From positions 224,001 to 288,000 of the forward strand of contig CBDHDF010000011.1 of the NCBI GenBank assembly GCA_965261545.1: 64,000 bases of DNA, read 5' to 3'. Origin of the DNA: Bdellovibrionales bacterium (GTDB taxonomy: Bacteria; Bdellovibrionota; Bdellovibrionia; Bdellovibrionales; UBA1609). The notes beneath the pieces are model-generated. The model was not told where the DNA came from. It saw only the letters and a program-made list of their open reading frames with translations, and ran no database searches. How positions within the stretch are numbered: position 1 is the stretch's first letter; the number at the start of each line of letters is the position of its first letter. Positions 50,514 through 60,492 of the stretch are shown here, in pieces. The translations under genes and the position numbers were made by a program.

Positions 50514-53099
50514 ATGGTTTCATTAACAACAACGGAGTGGTTATCGAAAAGACCAAAATGGCTGCAGTCTGCTGCAAAGCGATTGTTAGAATCTGGCGAA
50601 ATCAATGAAACCGCCATTGGTGAACTTGTAGTGCTATGCCAGCAGGAAGCCAACAGTAAATTCCCTGATATCGATTACAGTATTCCAACAAATACCTTTG
50701 ATACACATGATTCGGAAGAAATCCGCTTATGTTCGATTAGCGAAATTGCAGGAGTTAATAGACTGGCTCCCAAAAAGCCACTTCATTTTGGTACCAACAA
50801 TATTGCTGTTGTTTACGGAAAAAACAGTTCTGGAAAATCAGGCTATGTCCGCCTACTCAAACATATTTGCGGAGCCCGTGACTGTATTCGTGGCCAACTG
50901 CACAAAGATGTGTTCTCGACTAAAGACGTTGTTCAAAAAGCCAAAATATCCTTTCTCAAAAACAACTCTCCTTCTGAACATGAGTGGTCAGGTCAGGGTG
51001 TTTGTGACGATCTGAGATCAGTTGACATTTTTGATACCTCTTTTAGCCGGGTGTTCATGGGTAGTGAGAATGAAGTCAGCTATGAACCTCCAGAACTTTC
51101 TTTTTTCAGCAGGCTTATTGATGTTTGTGAGAAAGTGGCGGCAAAACTTGATGCAGACAAAGAATCACTCAAATCAAAAATGGCGAATCTCCCTAACAAC
51201 CTCCTTGGTTCCACTGAGGCAGATTGGTGGGGAAAGCTTAGTGCTAAAACGCAGACTGATGAAATTGATATCCATTGTTCTTTCACTCTGGAAAACGAGA
51301 CGGAACTACTGGATATCCAGAAAAGAATTTCAGAACAATCGCCAGTTGATAAGGCCAGTCAATTAAAGAACAAAAAAACTTACGCTGACAGTATTATCAA
51401 TGACGTTCAAAATTACCTCAATCAACTATCTGATGAAAATTGCAAACGAATCATCGCTACCAAAAAAAAATCCATCCTAAAAGAGTCGGCCTCTGAAACT
51501 GCTGCCAAAGATGCATTCAATGGCGAACAGCTTGAAGGAATTGGTTCCAATGTCTGGAAAGAGCTTTGGAATGCTGCTCGGAAATATTCAGAGGAATTAG
51601 CTTATAACGGGCAGGTGTTTCCTGTTGTTCAGGACGATTCTGCTTGTGTGCTATGTCATCAGCCACTATCAGAAGATGCGAAGCAAAGGTTCATATCTTT
51701 TGAATCGTACATAAAAGGAGAGACTCAAAAACAAGCTGTTCAAGCAGCAAAAAAAGCTAAACAGGCTATTGATGCCCTGCCGGATATCCCCAGCGTTGAA
51801 GCACTAAAAACAAAGATAGACGCTGCAGGCATAGAGAATCAGAATATTATTAAGGCTCTGACTGATGCAGTCACCACTCTTCTGGATAGAAAAACAAAAT
51901 TACTATCACTTGAATCAGAAGACGCTTTAACGAGCATTGAGCAGACTCCACCTTGGTTGAAGGAAATACATAAAATCTCGCAGGAATACGAGGAAAGCGC
52001 TAAGAAATATCAGGAAGATACAACCAAAGACAATCGGGAAGAACTTCAAAAAGAATTGAAGAATCTTCAGACAAAAAAGTGGCTTGCCGAGCAAAAAACT
52101 GCGATTCAAGAAGAAGTCAATCGTCTCCAGATTCTTGAAAGAATTGAGAAAGCTAAAAAGAAAACCAGTTCTGCGGTATTGTCCAAGAAAAAGGGAGAAT
52201 TGGCAAAGACGCATATCACTGATGACTTCGTTAAGCGTTTTTATAATGAACTCAAATGCTTGGAAGCCTCTCAACTTAATGTCAAATTAATCCAACCCAA
52301 GGTTTCTAAAGGGAAAGTCCTTTACACTCTTCAATTGAATGGGGCTGCCCATAATCACCTCAATGACGTCCTTAGTGAAGGTGAGTATCGAATTGTCTCT
52401 ATTGCCGCATTTCTTGCTGATGTTACGGGTAGGAATTATCCGGCTCCCTTTGTGTTTGATGATCCGATTTCTTCTCTTGATCAAGATTATGAGGAAGCCG
52501 TGGTTCGACGGCTTTGCCAGATCGCCTCCAAAAGACAGGTTATCATATTCACGCATCGTCTTTCACTCCTGGGGATGGTTCAGGATTATGCCAAAGGTGC
52601 AAGTATCGAGCCTACAATCATTTGCATTCGTGAAGAACCATGGGGAACTGGTGAACCTGGAAACACTCCATTGTATGCACAAAGACCATTACAAGCACTT
52701 AACACTCTAATCGAGAGGCTTTCACAAGCAAAAAATATTTTTAATAAAAAGGGTTATGATGCTTATGAATCAGAAGCGAAGTCTCTTTGCATTGAATTCA
52801 GAATTCTTCTCGAACGAATGGTAGAGTATGAGCTCATGTCAGATGTTGTACATCGGTATAGGCGGGCAATTAATACAATGGGCAAAATTGGCAATTTGGC
52901 AAAGATCTCAAAAAAAGACTGTACATATTTTGATAATTTGATGAAAAAGTATTCAAAATATGTACACTCCCAGCCACTTGAAGTACCCCTCCCTCTTCCA
53001 AAGCCAGATGACTTAGAATCTGATTTTAAGGAACTAAAGCAGTGGCAAGAGGAGTTTAAAAAGAGACCAATAACTCCAGTTCTTCAGGAGGCTCAATGA
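50514..53099 (+). CDS. RloC/AAA_13-like coiled-coil ABC ATPase with zinc hook and possible C-terminal HEPN domain
   Basis: Walker A GKNSSGKS, CVLCHQPL, LSEGE, FVFDDPISSLD, IFTH; C-terminal RILLERMVE...SKYVH. Confidence 0.8.
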   Translation: MVSLTTTEWLSKRPKWLQSAAKRLLESGEINETAIGELVVLCQQEANSKFPDIDYSIPTNTFDTHDSEEIRLCSISEIAGVNRLAPKKPLHFGTNNIAVVYGKNSSGKSGYVRLLKHICGARDCIRGQLHKDVFSTKDVVQKAKISFLKNNSPSEHEWSGQGVCDDLRSVDIFDTSFSRVFMGSENEVSYEPPELSFFSRLIDVCEKVAAKLDADKESLKSKMANLPNNLLGSTEADWWGKLSAKTQTDEIDIHCSFTLENETELLDIQKRISEQSPVDKASQLKNKKTYADSIINDVQNYLNQLSDENCKRIIATKKKSILKESASETAAKDAFNGEQLEGIGSNVWKELWNAARKYSEELAYNGQVFPVVQDDSACVLCHQPLSEDAKQRFISFESYIKGETQKQAVQAAKKAKQAIDALPDIPSVEALKTKIDAAGIENQNIIKALTDAVTTLLDRKTKLLSLESEDALTSIEQTPPWLKEIHKISQEYEESAKKYQEDTTKDNREELQKELKNLQTKKWLAEQKTAIQEEVNRLQILERIEKAKKKTSSAVLSKKKGELAKTHITDDFVKRFYNELKCLEASQLNVKLIQPKVSKGKVLYTLQLNGAAHNHLNDVLSEGEYRIVSIAAFLADVTGRNYPAPFVFDDPISSLDQDYEEAVVRRLCQIASKRQVIIFTHRLSLLGMVQDYAKGASIEPTIICIREEPWGTGEPGNTPLYAQRPLQALNTLIERLSQAKNIFNKKGYDAYESEAKSLCIEFRILLERMVEYELMSDVVHRYRRAINTMGKIGNLAKISKKDCTYFDNLMKKYSKYVHSQPLEVPLPLPKPDDLESDFKELKQWQEEFKKRPITPVLQEAQ

Positions 53100-54334
53100 A
53101 GTTCCTCCACACATCAGACTGGCATTTAGGGCGCTCCCTTTACGGCAGGAAACGCTATGAGGAGTTTTCGGCATTTCTGGATTGGCTGACCCAGACCATC
53201 AAAGATGAAGGGGTTGACGCTCTCCTTGTGGCTGGTGATGTGTTTGATACCAGCACACCAAGCAATCGGGCACAGGAGCTCTATTATCGATTCCTCTGCC
53301 GGGTTTCCACATCATGTTGCCGCCATGTTGTGGTCATTGCCGGTAACCATGATTCCCCTTCATTTCTCAATGCCCCTAAGGAATTGCTGCGGGCGCTGAA
53401 TGTGTATGTGGTCGGCTTCATGACTGAATCTTTGGAAGATGAGGTGATTGTTCTTTACAAGGATGAGCAGCCGGAGGCAATTGTCTGCGCAGTACCGTAC
53501 CTGCGGGACAAAGATATCCGGACGATCGAGCCGGGAGAAACCATTGACGATAAAAATGCCAAGCTTGCTGAAGGGCTGAAAAAGCATTATACGGATGTCT
53601 GTAGCATTGCAGAACAGAAACAAACCGAATTTGAAAATGCCGGGCACGACGGTATTCCTATCGTTGCCATGGGGCACCTCTTCACAGCGGGCGGCAAGAC
53701 CGTTGACGGAGATGGAGTCAGAGAACTTTATGTAGGCTCATTGGCTCACGTTGGTGAGGAAGTCTTTCCTTCATCAATCGATTATCTCGCGCTCGGTCAT
53801 TTGCACGTTCCTCAGGCCGTCGGCAGCGCTGAGCACATCCGTTATTGCGGATCGCCCATACCGATGGGCTATGGCGAAGCGACTCAGGAAAAGAAGGTTG
53901 TACTCATTGGGTTCAACAGCACTACTTCAAATATTCGGGAACTTTCGGTGCCGTGTTTTCAACAACTGATCCGAATCGTCGGTTCACTGGACGATATCCA
54001 TGCAAAGCTGGAAGAGCTGAAAAAGGAAGAAAACTGTGCATGGCTTGAGATTGAATATACCGGCAGCGACATCATCGGCAGCCTGCGTGAAATGCTTGAT
54101 GAGGCATTGGCCGATTCCTTCATGGAGATTCGGCGGATAAAAAACAGGCGCATCATGGATCAGGTAATCAGTACGATTGCGGAAAATGAAACCCTTGATG
54201 ATTTGGATGCCGGTGACGTCTTTACCCGCTGTCTGGATACTTTTGATGTTCCTGATGAAGACCGGGAGGAACTGACGGCGTCCTATAACGAAGTAGTCAA
54301 GTCTCTTCGTGAAGAAGACGTAAATGCGGAATAG
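53096..54334 (+). CDS. sbcD: SbcD/Mre11 nuclease
   Basis: HTSDWHLG, AGDVFD, AGNHD, GHLF, YLALGHLH, YCGSP. Confidence 0.96.
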   Translation: MKFLHTSDWHLGRSLYGRKRYEEFSAFLDWLTQTIKDEGVDALLVAGDVFDTSTPSNRAQELYYRFLCRVSTSCCRHVVVIAGNHDSPSFLNAPKELLRALNVYVVGFMTESLEDEVIVLYKDEQPEAIVCAVPYLRDKDIRTIEPGETIDDKNAKLAEGLKKHYTDVCSIAEQKQTEFENAGHDGIPIVAMGHLFTAGGKTVDGDGVRELYVGSLAHVGEEVFPSSIDYLALGHLHVPQAVGSAEHIRYCGSPIPMGYGEATQEKKVVLIGFNSTTSNIRELSVPCFQQLIRIVGSLDDIHAKLEELKKEENCAWLEIEYTGSDIIGSLREMLDEALADSFMEIRRIKNRRIMDQVISTIAENETLDDLDAGDVFTRCLDTFDVPDEDREELTASYNEVVKSLREEDVNAE

Positions 54335-54345
54335 AGAGGCTAATT

Positions 54346-57300
54346 ATGAAGATACTTGAACTCCGATTTAAAAACCTCAATTCCCTCTACGGTGAATGGG
54401 TCATTGACTTCACCGATCCCGAACATGTATCCAATGGAATTTTTGCTCTGACCGGCCCGACCGGTGCGGGTAAATCGACTATTCTTGATGCTATCTGTCT
54501 TGCCCTGTATGGAGCGACGCCCCGCCTTGGAAAAATCACGAAGAGCGGAAACGAAATCATGTCCTGTCAGACCGGTGAGTGCTATGCCGAGGTGTTGTTT
54601 GAATCTCAGTCTGGCCGCTTCCGTTGCCACTGGGAACAGCACCGTGCGCGAAAAAAAGCTGAGGGTAATCTGCAGGATCAGGAGCACCAGATTGCGGATG
54701 CCGACACCAGCAAACCCATCGAAACCAAAAAGAGTTTGGTCGCCGGAGTCATCGAAGAAAAGACGGGGATGGACTTTGACCGGTTCACCCGCTCCATCTT
54801 GTTGGCTCAGGGTGGCTTTGATACCTTCCTGAAGGCAAACGTTGAGCAGAAGTCTAAGATTCTGGAACAGATCACCGGCACTGAGATTTATTCGAAAATT
54901 TCACAACGTGTTCATGAGCGCCAGCGTGACGAACAGGAAAAGTTGAACCTGCTGCAGGTCGAAACATCCGGCATTGTGATTCTGGAGCCAGAACAGGAAA
55001 AAGAGATTCAACAGGATCTTGAAGGCAAGCAAAAAGAAAATATCGAGCTCAACGGCAAATCAGCTGAAACAAGAAAAGCCATTACTTGGCTCACTTCCAT
55101 TGATGGATTGAAAAAGAAAATCAGCAGCCTTGCTGAAGAAGCAGTTAAGTTGCAAAATGATGTAGAGGTATTCAAACCGAAACGTGACAAACTTGATCGA
55201 GCCATAAAGGCCGCTTCATTGGATGGATTGTATGCAACACTCACTACCATCCAAAAGCAGCATTCAGAAGATCAAGCGAACCTGAAAGCCAAGGAAGCAG
55301 CTCTTCCAGAACTGGAGTCTTCTGCCAATACGCAGGCAGAATTACTCAATTCGGCGGAACAACAAACGGTTAAAGCCAAAAAGGAGCTGAAAGCAGCAGC
55401 ACCGCTCATCCAGAACGTTCGCCTTCTCGATCAAAAACTCACCGAACAGGAAAAGGCTGTTTCAGACGGTACCGAGAGCTGCACCAAGGATGTGGCAAAG
55501 ATTGATGCGGATAAGCAGGATCGAGCTAAAAAACAGGAAAACTGGACCGAGGCCGAAAAAACTCTGAAGCTTGCTGAAGGCTATCTCAAGGAGCATGCAC
55601 AGGATGAATGGCTGATCAGTGGTCTGGCCGGTATTGAAGAACAGCTGGACAGACTGCTCTCCAGACAAAAAGAGATCGATCAGAAAGAGATAGATTACAA
55701 GAAGGTTGAATCGACTCTGGAGCAAGTGGTAAAGAAACTCGACGAATGTGCAAAGCAATGCGGTATCCGCAAACAGGAAATTGAGGACGCATCAAAAAAA
55801 CTTCAGCAAGGGAAAGATACCTTGGGTGCATTGCTGAGTGACCGACCGTTGCGTGAATATCGTACCGAGAAAGAAACTCTATTTCGTGAAATGACTTTTC
55901 TGTCAAGGATTGCGGAGCTTGAAGGTCACCGGGCCAAACTGGAAGACGGCAAACCCTGTTCTCTTTGTGGTGCTAAAGAACACCCCTTTGCCAAGGGGAA
56001 TATTCCGGTACCCGATGAAACCGAACAGAAAATTGAGATGCTCACCAAGTTGATCACCAAGGCTGAGGAGATGGAGGCCGCCAATAAAAAGCTGGAAGAG
56101 GGAAAAACCGCTGCCAACAAAAATCTAACCAAAAGTGAAAAACTGGAAGCAACTGCGGTCAATGATAAAAAAGCAGCTAAGAAAGACCTTGTGGAATTGA
56201 AGAATGACCTGGAGAAACTTCGGGCCGATTTTACCAAACTGAAAGAGGCGGTATCCGTCAAACTTCAGCCGCTTGGCATTACAGAAATACCCGAGACGCA
56301 AGTTTCATTACTATTTAAATCTCTCAAGGGTCGTTTGAATGCATGGAAGGATCAGGTTAAGAAAAAGGTGGGAATCGAAAAACAGATTGCAGACATCGAT
56401 AGTGAGATGAAGCGTCTGGATGCAGTCATTGCAACTCAAGAAGCCGCCTTGACTAAGAAGTTGGAAGGTTTGGAAACGCTGAAAAAGGAACATGCGGACG
56501 AGAGTGAAGAGCGGAAGAAATTGTATGGAGATAAAAAAACTGACGATGAAGAAAGCCGCCTGAATAAAGCCGTTACAGATGCTGAGGAAGCTGAAAAAAA
56601 GGCCAGCGCACTGAACTTTAAGCTGCAGCAGGAATTCACAACTTCAAAAACGCATGTTGAATCCCTGAAAGAGCGCATCGAACAGAGAATGCCGGAACTG
56701 ACAAAAGCGGAAACCGATTTCTCATCAGCACTCGAACCGGCTGGATTTTCAGATGACAAGCAGTTCCTTGAAGCCAGACTGACAAATGAAGAGCGGACTA
56801 TTTTATCTGCCAGAGCAAAGAAACTGGATGACACTCAAACAGATATCAAGGCCAGACAAAAAGATCATGAAACGCACTTGACCACGGAGATAGCCCAAAA
56901 GATTACTGACAAATCCCTTGAGGAGTTGGAATCGCAATTCAAGAAGTATGAGGAGTCACTAAAAGAGCTGTGCGAAGCCATTGCCGGTCTCAAATATAAG
57001 CTGAATGAGAATACAGCTTCCAAAGAGCGGATAAAGGAAAAGCAGATCGCTATTGAGGCTCAGAAAAAAGAGTATCATCGCTGGGAAAAACTGCATAATC
57101 TGATCGGTTCTGCTGACGGAAAAAAATACCGCAACTTTGCTCAGGGGCTGACCTTTGAGTTGATGGTTTTACATTCCAACCGCCAGTTGGAAAAGATGAC
57201 CGACCGTTATCTGCTTATTCGTGATGACGAACAGCCTCTGGAGTTGAACGTCGTTGATAATTATCAAGCAGGTGAAATCAGATCGACCAAGAATCTGTCC

Positions 57301-57603
57301 GGTGGAGAAAGCTTCATTGTCAGCCTCACATTGGCGCTGGGACTTTCCAAAATGGCCAGCCGCAAAGTTCGTGTGGATTCCCTGTTTCTCGATGAAGGCT
57401 TCGGTACCTTGGATGAGGAAGCTCTGGAAACCGCTCTGGAAACATTGTCCGGTCTTCAGCAGGACGGTAAGTTGATTGGAATCATCTCCCACGTCTCTGC
57501 ACTAAAGGAAAGGATCAGTACACAGATAACGATAACACCTGTCTCCGGCGGCCGCAGTTCACTTGCCGGTCCGGGCTGTAATAAGGTCGCTAACAGTGAA
57601 TAA
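54346..57603 (+). CDS. sbcC: SbcC/Rad50 SMC-like ATPase
   Basis: FKNLNSL, GPTGAGKS, LAQG, hook CSLCG..EHP, LSGGE, LFLDEGFGTLD, IISH. Confidence 0.96.
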   Translation: MKILELRFKNLNSLYGEWVIDFTDPEHVSNGIFALTGPTGAGKSTILDAICLALYGATPRLGKITKSGNEIMSCQTGECYAEVLFESQSGRFRCHWEQHRARKKAEGNLQDQEHQIADADTSKPIETKKSLVAGVIEEKTGMDFDRFTRSILLAQGGFDTFLKANVEQKSKILEQITGTEIYSKISQRVHERQRDEQEKLNLLQVETSGIVILEPEQEKEIQQDLEGKQKENIELNGKSAETRKAITWLTSIDGLKKKISSLAEEAVKLQNDVEVFKPKRDKLDRAIKAASLDGLYATLTTIQKQHSEDQANLKAKEAALPELESSANTQAELLNSAEQQTVKAKKELKAAAPLIQNVRLLDQKLTEQEKAVSDGTESCTKDVAKIDADKQDRAKKQENWTEAEKTLKLAEGYLKEHAQDEWLISGLAGIEEQLDRLLSRQKEIDQKEIDYKKVESTLEQVVKKLDECAKQCGIRKQEIEDASKKLQQGKDTLGALLSDRPLREYRTEKETLFREMTFLSRIAELEGHRAKLEDGKPCSLCGAKEHPFAKGNIPVPDETEQKIEMLTKLITKAEEMEAANKKLEEGKTAANKNLTKSEKLEATAVNDKKAAKKDLVELKNDLEKLRADFTKLKEAVSVKLQPLGITEIPETQVSLLFKSLKGRLNAWKDQVKKKVGIEKQIADIDSEMKRLDAVIATQEAALTKKLEGLETLKKEHADESEERKKLYGDKKTDDEESRLNKAVTDAEEAEKKASALNFKLQQEFTTSKTHVESLKERIEQRMPELTKAETDFSSALEPAGFSDDKQFLEARLTNEERTILSARAKKLDDTQTDIKARQKDHETHLTTEIAQKITDKSLEELESQFKKYEESLKELCEAIAGLKYKLNENTASKERIKEKQIAIEAQKKEYHRWEKLHNLIGSADGKKYRNFAQGLTFELMVLHSNRQLEKMTDRYLLIRDDEQPLELNVVDNYQAGEIRSTKNLSGGESFIVSLTLALGLSKMASRKVRVDSLFLDEGFGTLDEEALETALETLSGLQQDGKLIGIISHVSALKERISTQITITPVSGGRSSLAGPGCNKVANSE

Positions 57604-57618
57604 AAGGGAACGATTCTA

Positions 57619-59592
57619 ATGGTGAAAAAAAGATATCTGACCAAATCAAGATTCAAACTGGCAACCAAATGCCCCACGAAACTCTTCTATACAGAGAAAA
57701 GTGAGTACGCAAACCAGAACCTCGATGACAGTTTTCTCCTTGCGCTGGCCGATGGCGGATTTCAGGTGGGTGACCTGGCTAAATGCTATTTCCCCGGTGG
57801 CCATGATATCAAAACGCTGGATTATGAGCAGGCTCTGACTGAAACCAATAAACTGTTGCAGTTGGATCAGGTCACAATATACGAAGCCGCAATAGCAACC
57901 GAGAACCTCTTTATTCGTGCGGATATTCTGGTCAAGAACGGCAACCGGCTCAGCCTCTATGAAGTAAAGGCCAAATCTTTTAATCCGGAAGAGAAATATC
58001 CCTTTGTCAATAAAAACGGGACAATCAAATCCGGCTGGAAATCTTACCTCTACGACGTTGCCTTCCAGAAATATGTTATCAATCAGACCTTCTCGCAGTA
58101 TGAAGTATCAGCCCATCTCATGATGGCCGATAAATCCTCAATGTGCCCGACTGAGGGGCTTAATCAGAAGTTCCGTCTAGTGAAAAACCACAATGGCCGG
58201 AAGTCTGTTTCCATATCGGACAGTTTGATAGAAGCAGATTTAACACCACCAATTCTCTGCAAGGTCAATGTAGACACAGAGTGTGAACAGATTTATGCCG
58301 GAACAGATGGCGGAAGCGATCAGTCCCTGAGTTTCAAACAACGAGTTGATCTGTTTGCAGATCACTATGCCTCGGATACGAAAATTCCGTCACCGGTATC
58401 AATTAACTGCTCCGACTGTGAGTTTTATACCACTGACAGTGATGAACAGTCTGGATTGAAAAGCGGCAGGAAAGAATGCTGGAAAAAGAATCTGGGCTGG
58501 GACGACAAGGATTTCGAGTGCCCAACAGTGCTGGATGTATGGAACTTCAGGAAAAAAGCCAAACTGATTGAGGCTGGCTGCATCAAAATGTTGGACCTTA
58601 CCAAAGAGGATGTGGCTCCAAAGCCTGACAAAAAGCCGGGAATATCCGCAAGTGAACGGCAATGGCTTCAGATTGAAAAATACCAGGCCGGCGACAATAC
58701 GGTCTGGCTGGATCGGAATAGCCTGCAAAGCGAAATGAACAGTTGGGTGTATCCGCTTCACTTTATTGACTTTGAAACCACGATGGTGGCTATACCCTTC
58801 AATGCAGGCCGTCGGCCTTACGAAGGAATCGCTTTTCAGTTTTCTCATCACATTGTTCATGAAGACGGAACCGTCGAACACTATGGTGAGTACCTGAATG
58901 CGGAACAGGGAGCATTCCCGAACTACGATTTTTTGAGAGCACTTAAGGCTCAGCTTGAAAGCGACGCTGGAAGCATCTTCCGCTATTCCAACCACGAAAA
59001 CACATTCCTCAACATGATTTACCGTCAGCTTCAGGATGATAACACCGTTGAGGACCGGATGAAATTGTGCAACTTCATCAGATCGATCACCAAATCTGTT
59101 AATGACTCGGTAGATCAATGGATTGGCGAACGCAATATGGTGGATATGTTGGAAATTGTTAAGCGCTACTATTATAACCCAGCCACTAATGGTTCTAATT
59201 CTATCAAGCAAGTGCTTCCGGCAATCCTGAATAGCTCGAAATACCTGCAGGATAAATATTCAAAGCCGATCTACGGTTCGGAAAACGGGATCAAGAGCCT
59301 CAATTTCAAAGATTGGCAATGGATCAGGGTGGAGTCCGGAAAAGTCGTCAACCCCTATAAAATGCTGCCTAAAATGTTTCAGGATATCTCTGACAAAGAT
59401 ATGAGGATATTGAGTGATAACGATGAACTGAGAGACGGTGGAGCTGCCCTGGCAGCATATGCGCGAATGCAGTTTGAAGAAATGACAGATTACGAATGTG
59501 AGGATATCCAAAAGGCTCTGCTCAAATATTGCGAATTAGACACCATGGCAATGGTGATGATCTATGAAGGTTGGAAAGATCTTCTGCAGTAG
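57619..59592 (+). CDS. DUF2779-type protein: Cas4/RecB-like PD-(D/E)XK nuclease plus RNase H-like exonuclease domain
   Basis: LTKSRF...CPTKL, RADIL...YEVKAK, DVAFQ, CSDCEF...C; FIDFET...FQFSHH, SIKQVLP, LLKYCELDT. Confidence 0.82.
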   Translation: MVKKRYLTKSRFKLATKCPTKLFYTEKSEYANQNLDDSFLLALADGGFQVGDLAKCYFPGGHDIKTLDYEQALTETNKLLQLDQVTIYEAAIATENLFIRADILVKNGNRLSLYEVKAKSFNPEEKYPFVNKNGTIKSGWKSYLYDVAFQKYVINQTFSQYEVSAHLMMADKSSMCPTEGLNQKFRLVKNHNGRKSVSISDSLIEADLTPPILCKVNVDTECEQIYAGTDGGSDQSLSFKQRVDLFADHYASDTKIPSPVSINCSDCEFYTTDSDEQSGLKSGRKECWKKNLGWDDKDFECPTVLDVWNFRKKAKLIEAGCIKMLDLTKEDVAPKPDKKPGISASERQWLQIEKYQAGDNTVWLDRNSLQSEMNSWVYPLHFIDFETTMVAIPFNAGRRPYEGIAFQFSHHIVHEDGTVEHYGEYLNAEQGAFPNYDFLRALKAQLESDAGSIFRYSNHENTFLNMIYRQLQDDNTVEDRMKLCNFIRSITKSVNDSVDQWIGERNMVDMLEIVKRYYYNPATNGSNSIKQVLPAILNSSKYLQDKYSKPIYGSENGIKSLNFKDWQWIRVESGKVVNPYKMLPKMFQDISDKDMRILSDNDELRDGGAALAAYARMQFEEMTDYECEDIQKALLKYCELDTMAMVMIYEGWKDLLQ

Positions 59593-59747
59593 AAACAACA
59601 AAACTAAAAGGTACCCAAATGTCAGCCAAATTGATCGAAACAACAGTCAGCTGGAGTTCCCCAAAAAAATGGAAGGATTTTGTAAGCGAATTTTGCTTCC
59701 CGAGGGGCTCTCAAAGATAGAGCGAAGGGCCCTCACTCGAATTGCCA

Positions 59748-59835
59748 GGGACTGTAAAAATAATTGTGTAACTGCAATTTTTTTCTTAAATCTTAAAGCC
59801 ACTTATGTGGCTCCACTCCTGGTAAAAAGCACAGT
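59748..59835 (-). mobile_element. IS256 terminal fragment (copy 3) interrupted by IS21
   Basis: Matches 45009-45096. Confidence 0.9.
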
Positions 59836-60492
59836 TGTTAGCTGACAATTAAAATGCCCCACCGTCGCCAATGAAAAGTGGCCACTTTTCAGAGGAGGAC
59901 CTATGGTGATTTTTGGCATTGTCAACCGAGACGCATATAATCAATTGATATTACTCATAAAAAGGCTCCGAGCTGATAAGAACTCCTTTTGGGTTCTTGT
60001 CGACCTGGAAAGGGGCTTCGTGTTGGAGAGTCCTTCCATGACAGCCTATTCAGGTTCCATATTTGTCATTTGTAGACTGTTTCTGGATTTCAATGAGGTT
60101 AAATATATAGTCAAGAAAAGCCTGTTTAGGCTGTGCCCATTTTCTAAAGTATTTAAATTCCACAAGATTCCAACATTTGCCTCAATTTTCATGGAATTTC
60201 TTTCTGAAGACAGGCTTCCCTTAAAGCCGTCGCCAATTAAAATGTCCCACTTTCAATATGGAGGTTGTCGCCAATGAAAAGTGACCAATCTTCAGGGAGT
60301 GTTCAAATACTAGATGTAAAATTGCATGGCATTGCCCTCACCAGTTGCATGGTATTACCCGCACCGATTGCATGGCATTACCCGCACCAGTTGCATGGCA
60401 TTACCCTCACCAGTTGCATGGCATTGCCCGCACCAGTTGCATGGCATTGCCCGCACTGATTGGCATGACTGATTCCCCTTAGCATAGCGTCA

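Noticed and set aside
58399..59211. 270-aa minus-strand ORF
   Set aside because: Antisense shadow of the DUF2779 gene.
57619..59592. Cas4 / CRISPR adaptation role for the PD-(D/E)XK protein
   Set aside because: No cas1, cas2 or array in the window; architecture fits DUF2779-type proteins.
60315..60470. Tandem 23 bp repeats resembling a CRISPR array
   Set aside because: No spacers; these are IS21-C subterminal transposase-binding repeats mirrored at the right end.
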